Assembly (NCBI GenBank): GCA_905178155.1
Contig: CAJINV010000002.1
Span: forward strand, 4,428,249-4,463,137
DNA length: 34,889 bases
DNA from: Amoebophrya sp. A120
Taxonomy: Eukaryota > Protista > Dinoflagellata
Direction of reading: 5' to 3'
Positions within the stretch are counted from its first letter, which is position 1; each line of letters begins with the position of its first letter. Made by a program: the position numbers and the translations under genes. Shown here one piece after another: positions 29,885 to 34,889 of the stretch. The notes beneath the pieces are model-generated. The model searched no databases, was not told the origin of the DNA, and worked only from the letters and a program-made list of their open reading frames with translations.

Positions 29885-32800
29885 ATGCTCGCCGACAGCA
29901 GCTTCGATGACCCCGAGTTTACCACGGTCACTATCAAAGAGCAAATAAAGTGTTAATGCTAACGGAATAAAAATTTGTGATGCAGGAACGCATGCATCAC
30001 AAAAGGGGCCCACATTTTTCTTGCATTTGTATTGCATAGCATGCATTCTAAGCAAAATTTGTCATGCTTTTCTGCAATCTGTGTAAACCCGTAAGTACTA
30101 AACGTTAGCACGTCATTTTTGTTTGATAGTCACCCTCAGTGGTCAGCGGTACCGAAAAGTTCTTCTCCCCGACCATGTATCCTGAGGAAAAACGTCCCCA
30201 CCCCATACTTGTCATGCAGCTTTGCAGTTACAGGAAGATTTGTAATGCGCAACCCCATGAGAGCCATTTCCAATCGTGTTTTGGACTTTGTGATGCTGTA
30301 AACAGGATGAGTAGATGGACTTGTGTTGTGGCTGTTGTACTTGCTATAAACTGCACTACACTACAGAGAGGAATTTGTCATGCTTGATTCTCAAAGCTTC
30401 TCGATTTGTGTTGCGAGATCCCCATCTTGACTATGGGGTGGGGACGTTTTTACGCAGGATACCATGTTCTGGATCTCCACCCCGTGAAGCTCGGGCGGGG
30501 CGGGAAACACGTATCAAATGCAAAAATGTCTGGGTCTGGAAGATTGGAACTTGTGATGCTAACTTTGGACTCTAAAAAGATCTGTATTCCATGACCAGCA
30601 AGAGGAGTCTAGTTTGTGCTACGCGGGGAGGGCGTTTGTCATGCGGAGTAGGCATCAGGAAGCCCTCTAAAAATCTGCGATGCTAGGGCGTGCATTACAG
30701 ACGTCCTGGGTCAACATGCAAAACATGCATGACAAGTTTCAGAATCTTCCAGACCCAGACATTTTTGCATTTGATAACACGGGGAAGAAGACGACGAGGA
30801 GCGTGGGCATTATTACACCGATGAAGACAGCGACTACGAGAACGACAGCAACGTCTTCAACGATAGCGAGGATGAGGGTCGGTGGGAGTTTTTGGAGGTT
30901 GAGGACAAGTACGAGTATCGGCTCCCCGTGCCGCAAGTCTACTTCAAATTCCTCATCGGGGCGAATCACAAGACCTTGAAGAAAATGGAGCAAGACACGG
31001 GGTGCGAGATCCTGTGCAAGGAGGGACAGGCGCCTGTTGGGAAAATGACAAACGCGAAAACGGGGGACGAAATCGACGGGCACGTGGCCATTCGGGCCAG
31101 GGACAAAATGTCGCTGAAAGCGGGGAAAGGGGCCGTTGAGTACTTACTCTTCTCTGTGCATTGAAAAGCCTTAACCTACGTTCTTTACGCAATGCATTTG
31201 TAAAATGCAGCTATGCTTACAATGCTTGTTATGCTAGTCCTTCTGATGCCAAGTAGAGTGCTGTAACAGATAGAAGCGTGCTTCGTGTGTGTTGTGTTTT
31301 TCCATGAAAATCATCTCTAAAAACAATACTAGGTACACAATGGAGCTGGCAGAACAAAAAATCCCGATGACGCACTTTTTCAACGTGAGGATACCCGCAA
31401 ATTCCATCGTGCCCACCAAATTCCAGCAGTGGTTGGACACAAAGCAGTGCGTGGAGTTGAATCCCCACTACTTCCAGAAGCCCGAGCGGTTACACTTCAC
31501 GCTGTTGCCGTTGAAGCTTCACACGAAGGAGAAATATGAGAGTGCACAACTACTGCCCCTCCCCCTCATTTGTATAGCATGAACGGCAATACAAGCGTCA
31601 GCAAGAGTGCTGGCTTCGCGTGATAGATTTGCCCAGCAGGGGTGTAGTAATGTTTGGTACCACTCCGGAGTTTGTCATGCAAACAGTGCCAACAGGCACA
31701 GCCTGGATTTGGTATTTTGCATGACATCAAATGAGGGGGAGCAGGGGGGGTTGTGCACTGTCATAAGAAAATCGAGAAAGTGAAACAGATTATCCGGGAA
31801 CTGAACGCCAGTGACTGGTTTCCGGACGCGGTTATGACAGCCTCAGAATGGAAATCCTCAAAGTGGAAATGATTTGTAATGCAAAAAAACGACTCCAGTT
31901 GAAGCGCCATTTCTAATCGGCGCATGACAAATTTCCCGGGCACTCAAAACATGTGTGTCATGCTAGTTAGGGCAAAGGTGTGCTGCCCTTCTCTCGTGCT
32001 AATCAGCAGCCCACTTCCTCGGAACCCGTAGAAGCACAATAGTCGGCCTCCATTGCGTCCGCTGCAATACAGTCTTTTTGGTGTCGCATTTTATGCATCA
32101 CAAATTATTTCCACTTTGAGAATTTCCATTCTGAGGCTTTCATAGCGGTGGAGCGGTTTCGGTTAGATTTATCAAAGAAAAAAACATTGTAGGTGTAACT
32201 TTTTTGGAGGAACAGCATTACAAATCTGTCTGGCATGACAGCAAAAACCTGTCATGCGCAGACAGTATGTGAAAACGCCCTTTACTGGACCCTACAAGGC
32301 ATGCCAAGCATGACAGACGCGATCATCTTGCATGTTGCGCATCACAAATTTACACTAACAACGTTTTTTTCTTGGATAAGATTTGAAAGGTCTTCATTAC
32401 ATGAACGACGAACCAGGGAAGGTGAATGTGTTTATCCTGTGCAAAAGTATCGTACTCGTACAAATGCTAATGCAAGTCTTGCGTTACAGATCTTGTTTCC
32501 AAGGCAAATCTGCATTACAAATTTTATTTCTCATGCTGAGGAAATTTGTAATGCATTTATACGAGTACGATACTTTTGCAGTTCATAGTGTTGTACACAG
32601 AACCAAGCACAGGAGCTGGAGGAGCTTCATCTGCTTCTGCAACGACAAGCAGTTCTGCATCAAGCTCTCATTCTCAACGACCGCCCAACCCTTTAAACCA
32701 CCTCGTGGACATCCTGTTTCAAATTCTGATCAAAAACGACATTGTCACGAAAGAGTACCTGATGCAGCAACGGTTATTGGATTCAACCGGCAAGAACGCG

Positions 32801-33220
32801 GATATAAAACCGCACTGCACGCTTTTGAACACGAAATTCTACGTGCAGTACATGGAGAGAACGGGAAAATGGTCCAGCGCCAAGGCGTTCGAGGAGGAAA
32901 ACGAAAACCCAAGGTTTATCAACGCGAAACCGCTGCTGCAAGCCAACGTGGGGTACGATTTTGGGTCTTTTGAAGCAGTTATCCTTTGCAAACGTATCGC
33001 ATTCGTAGTTGTAATCGCAGTCATGCATTACAAATTTCGTTTCCAAGGCAAATCAGCATGACAAATTTTATTTGTAATGCTGAGCGAATTTGTATTGCAA
33101 TAACTACTACGTACGATACTTTTGCAATTCATAGTGGTAGAGGTGGAGTTTTCCGATATGCTGGAGATTGACAGGAACACCCAGTACTTCAAAAAGCTCG
33201 CTGGGCTGAAACTAGGATAA
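29885..33220 (+). CDS. ASCC1: Activating signal cointegrator 1 complex subunit 1-like (KH domain + 2H-phosphoesterase/AKAP7-like domain), 10 exons
   Basis: N-terminal TLSGQRYRK; KH domain VPQVYFKFLIGANHKTLKKMEQDTGCEI; PMTHFFNV; two HxT motifs (RLHFTL, KPHCTL); KGLHYMNDEPGKVNVLY; YDFG. Eight introners plus GT-AG intron 31140-31332; TAA at 33218-33220. Confidence 0.9.
29932..30128. mobile_element. Introner, family F-like
   Basis: TATCAAA...TTTGATA; TSD GTCAC. Confidence 0.88.
30178..30461. mobile_element. Introner family D
   Basis: TATCCTGAGGAAAAACGTCCCCACCCCATA / TATGGGGTGGGGACGTTTTTACGCAGGATA; TSD CCATG. Confidence 0.93.
30512..30776. mobile_element. Introner family C (young; absent from the paralogous copy)
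   Basis: Perfect TIR of over 30 bp, TATCAAATGCAAAAATGTCTGGGTCTGGAAGATT; TSD ACACG. Confidence 0.95.
31535..31765. mobile_element. Introner family B
   Basis: TATGAGAGTGCACAAC / GTTGTGCACTGTCATA; TSD AGAAA. Confidence 0.93.
31833..32144. mobile_element. Introner family E
   Basis: TATGACAGCCTCAGAATGGAAATCCTCAAAGTGGAAAT / ATTTCCACTTTGAGAATTTCCATTCTGAGGCTTTCATA; TSD GCGGT. Confidence 0.93.
32170..32378. mobile_element. Introner family F
   Basis: TATCAAAGAAAAAAACATTGT / ACAACGTTTTTTTCTTGGATA; TSD AGATT. Confidence 0.9.
32433..32587. mobile_element. Introner family A
   Basis: TATCCTGTGCAAAAGTATCGTACTCGTA / TACGAGTACGATACTTTTGCAGTTCATA; TSD GTGTT. Confidence 0.93.
32980..33133. mobile_element. 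Introner family A
   Basis: TATCCTTTGCAAACGTATCG / CGATACTTTTGCAATTCATA; flanks GCAGT/GTGGT. Confidence 0.9.
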
Positions 33221-33423
33221 AGAACACCGTCGAGGAACAAACTCTGAGAATGTCTCTCCTTTGAAGCACGACGAACAACAAAAAGAATTGACACAAAGAT
33301 AAAGATAAAGAGCAAGAAAGCCAAAGAAATTCTTTCAATGACACAACATCACTCGCTGTCTTGTTCGATACGTACTTGGCAGGTTTTCATCAAATGGAGA
33401 TGAATCTAAGCGGATGAATATAT

Positions 33424-34170
33424 CTCCTACACTCTGCGCTGTCGGTCGTTGTTCATCTTCTCTCGTCGTTTTATTTCATGAACTCGCTTCAAACGCCAGT
33501 GTATCCGTATCGGTTTAATAGCAGCTGTTTTACTTCGACTTCGAGTATCTCTTTCCCAACAGTTTTTCTTTTCTCTGCAAATTTGAAGTACCAGATAAGT
33601 GTATCTTCTTTGATGAAGAAGCGAATAGCTGCTTGATGACCAAACTGAAACCCGCCACCGTATCGTGGTGATCACGCACTTTAGTTTTTCTGATCGTCTT
33701 GATCCAGGTTGATATTCCGCAGCGACACACTGCTGAGTAAGATCTCGTTCCTCACTAAGATCTGTTATCTCGTCGTCAAGGTCACTCTCGTCGGCGAAAA
33801 TGTTTTTGTTCGTTGAAACTCCCACTTTTGCGTACCGAAAAAGAAGTTGGAATCCTAGGACCTACGAGGTGATCGTAGACACGTAATATTACTACTTCTG
33901 CATATTTATTTTTTCCTTATCCTTTCCGCATTTCATCCTGCTAGACACACCTTGTGCAATAAGGCTTAGTTCTGTACAGTACTTGCGGCTATCGAGGACG
34001 ACGATAAAATGCAGTTGCCGACACCACCGCCCGTGCGCCGGGTTCTTGCTGTAACAGGAAGAAGCTGACATCGACAACGCTAGCGAGGGCGTGGAAACAG
34101 CTGGTTTATCGCAGCCCCGTGGGCGTCCGCTCGATTAGCTGACACCTGGGCGGCCGTTACTGGTTGTCTG
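33424..34170. repeat. Diverged direct duplicate of 26774-27530 (region upstream of YIPF6)
   Basis: Colinear similarity from CTCCTACACTCTGCGCTG to GGCCGTTAC..TTGTCTGA, with many indels. Confidence 0.9.
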
Positions 34171-34178
34171 AAACATCA

Positions 34179-34408
34179 GGAAGATACTGAAGGTAATGCT
34201 GTTGCTCAAGAGCATTTTGATGGAAATGGAATGCTATTCCTGCATGACAGATCCCATGGCGGGATTATGTAAATGCATGACAAGTTCTTGTACAGTGAAA
34301 ATCATGATTAGCATATGTATCGAATAAACTTTGTACTAAAAAAACGATCCGCTCAGGTTATCTTCGTCGTCATTGGCTTCATATGGGCAACCGGCGCCTC
34401 TGTTGGGT
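34179..34408 (+). pseudogene. YIPF6 fragment (end of exon 4, intron 4, start of exon 5)
   Basis: Near-identical to 28646-28877. Followed by a ~60-bp copy (34421-34482) of 33355-33418. Confidence 0.88.
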
Positions 34409-34889
34409 TGTTCGATACGCTGTCTTGTTCGATACGTACTTGGCAGGTTTTCATCAAATGGAGATAAATCTAAGCGGATGAATTGCATGGGTCTCCACAA
34501 AAGTGGATGTGCTGGAAGAGCGAGCGCCTCTTCATAGACCCTAGCGCCGGCCTTTCGAGGTCCAGTAGATTTCTCAGAGGAACATGCAGTGCACTGACTT
34601 TCCAACGATGAAGTTATCCCATCACACCCCCGGGAGTCATTAGATAGCTTGCGCCTTTGTTTTTTTTTTAAGACTAGGAAAAGACATGCAACTGGGGAAA
34701 GCACGCTATTGCGCATCTCGCACCCGTCAAGCCCAGAAGAACGAGCCAAGGACGCTCCCACCAATGCAGCAACGGCCGTCCCTGGGTGGTTGAGTGTCGT
34801 CCAGACCGACGGCGGTAGATTCTACTGGGGGCGGAGGCTAGATTTTCAATAGTGGAGGAAAGATGTCGAATTATGTATGGAGTGCTCTA

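Noticed and set aside
1731-33133. Recurrent palindromic repeats separated by short unique sequences, superficially CRISPR- or REP-like
   Set aside because: The 'spacers' are in-frame exons of eukaryotic genes, the repeats are paired TIRs, and there are no cas genes.
33427-33825. 132-aa minus-strand ORF in the duplicated segment
   Set aside because: The frame is not preserved in the paralogous copy at 26774-27200; at most a decayed gene.

Overview
Eukaryotic, gene-dense DNA, most consistent with the parasitic dinoflagellate Amoebophrya (Syndiniales); the organism is inferred from gene content and intron style. The ORF track is fragmented because genes are split by about 33 complete non-canonical 'introner' introns of 145-312 bp. 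Almost all start and end with TA inside terminal inverted repeats (TIRs) and are flanked by a 5-nt direct repeat (TSD). Removing the element plus exactly 5 nt restores the reading frame in every case I traced by hand. About 11 GT-AG introns coexist with them. Genes rebuilt this way, all on +: an unknown protein (933-3042), a small secreted protein (5133-5893), a 16-exon dinoflagellate coiled-coil secreted protein (6698-11979), an intronless AP2-domain ORF (12620-13738), two paralogous membrane proteins (16450-17346, 18551-19429), a low-complexity protein with a Cys-rich tail (about 19810-22308), a hotdog thioesterase ending in -SRL (23176-24230), an RIIa/Dpy-30-like protein (24343-26537), YIPF6 (27701-28974) and ASCC1 (29885-33220). 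A collapsed older duplicate (14.4-16.2 kb) provides empty/filled introner sites. A GCATNACA(A/G) motif is shared by the introner families and by many canonical introns. All coordinates were derived by eye and junctions are unverified by RNA.
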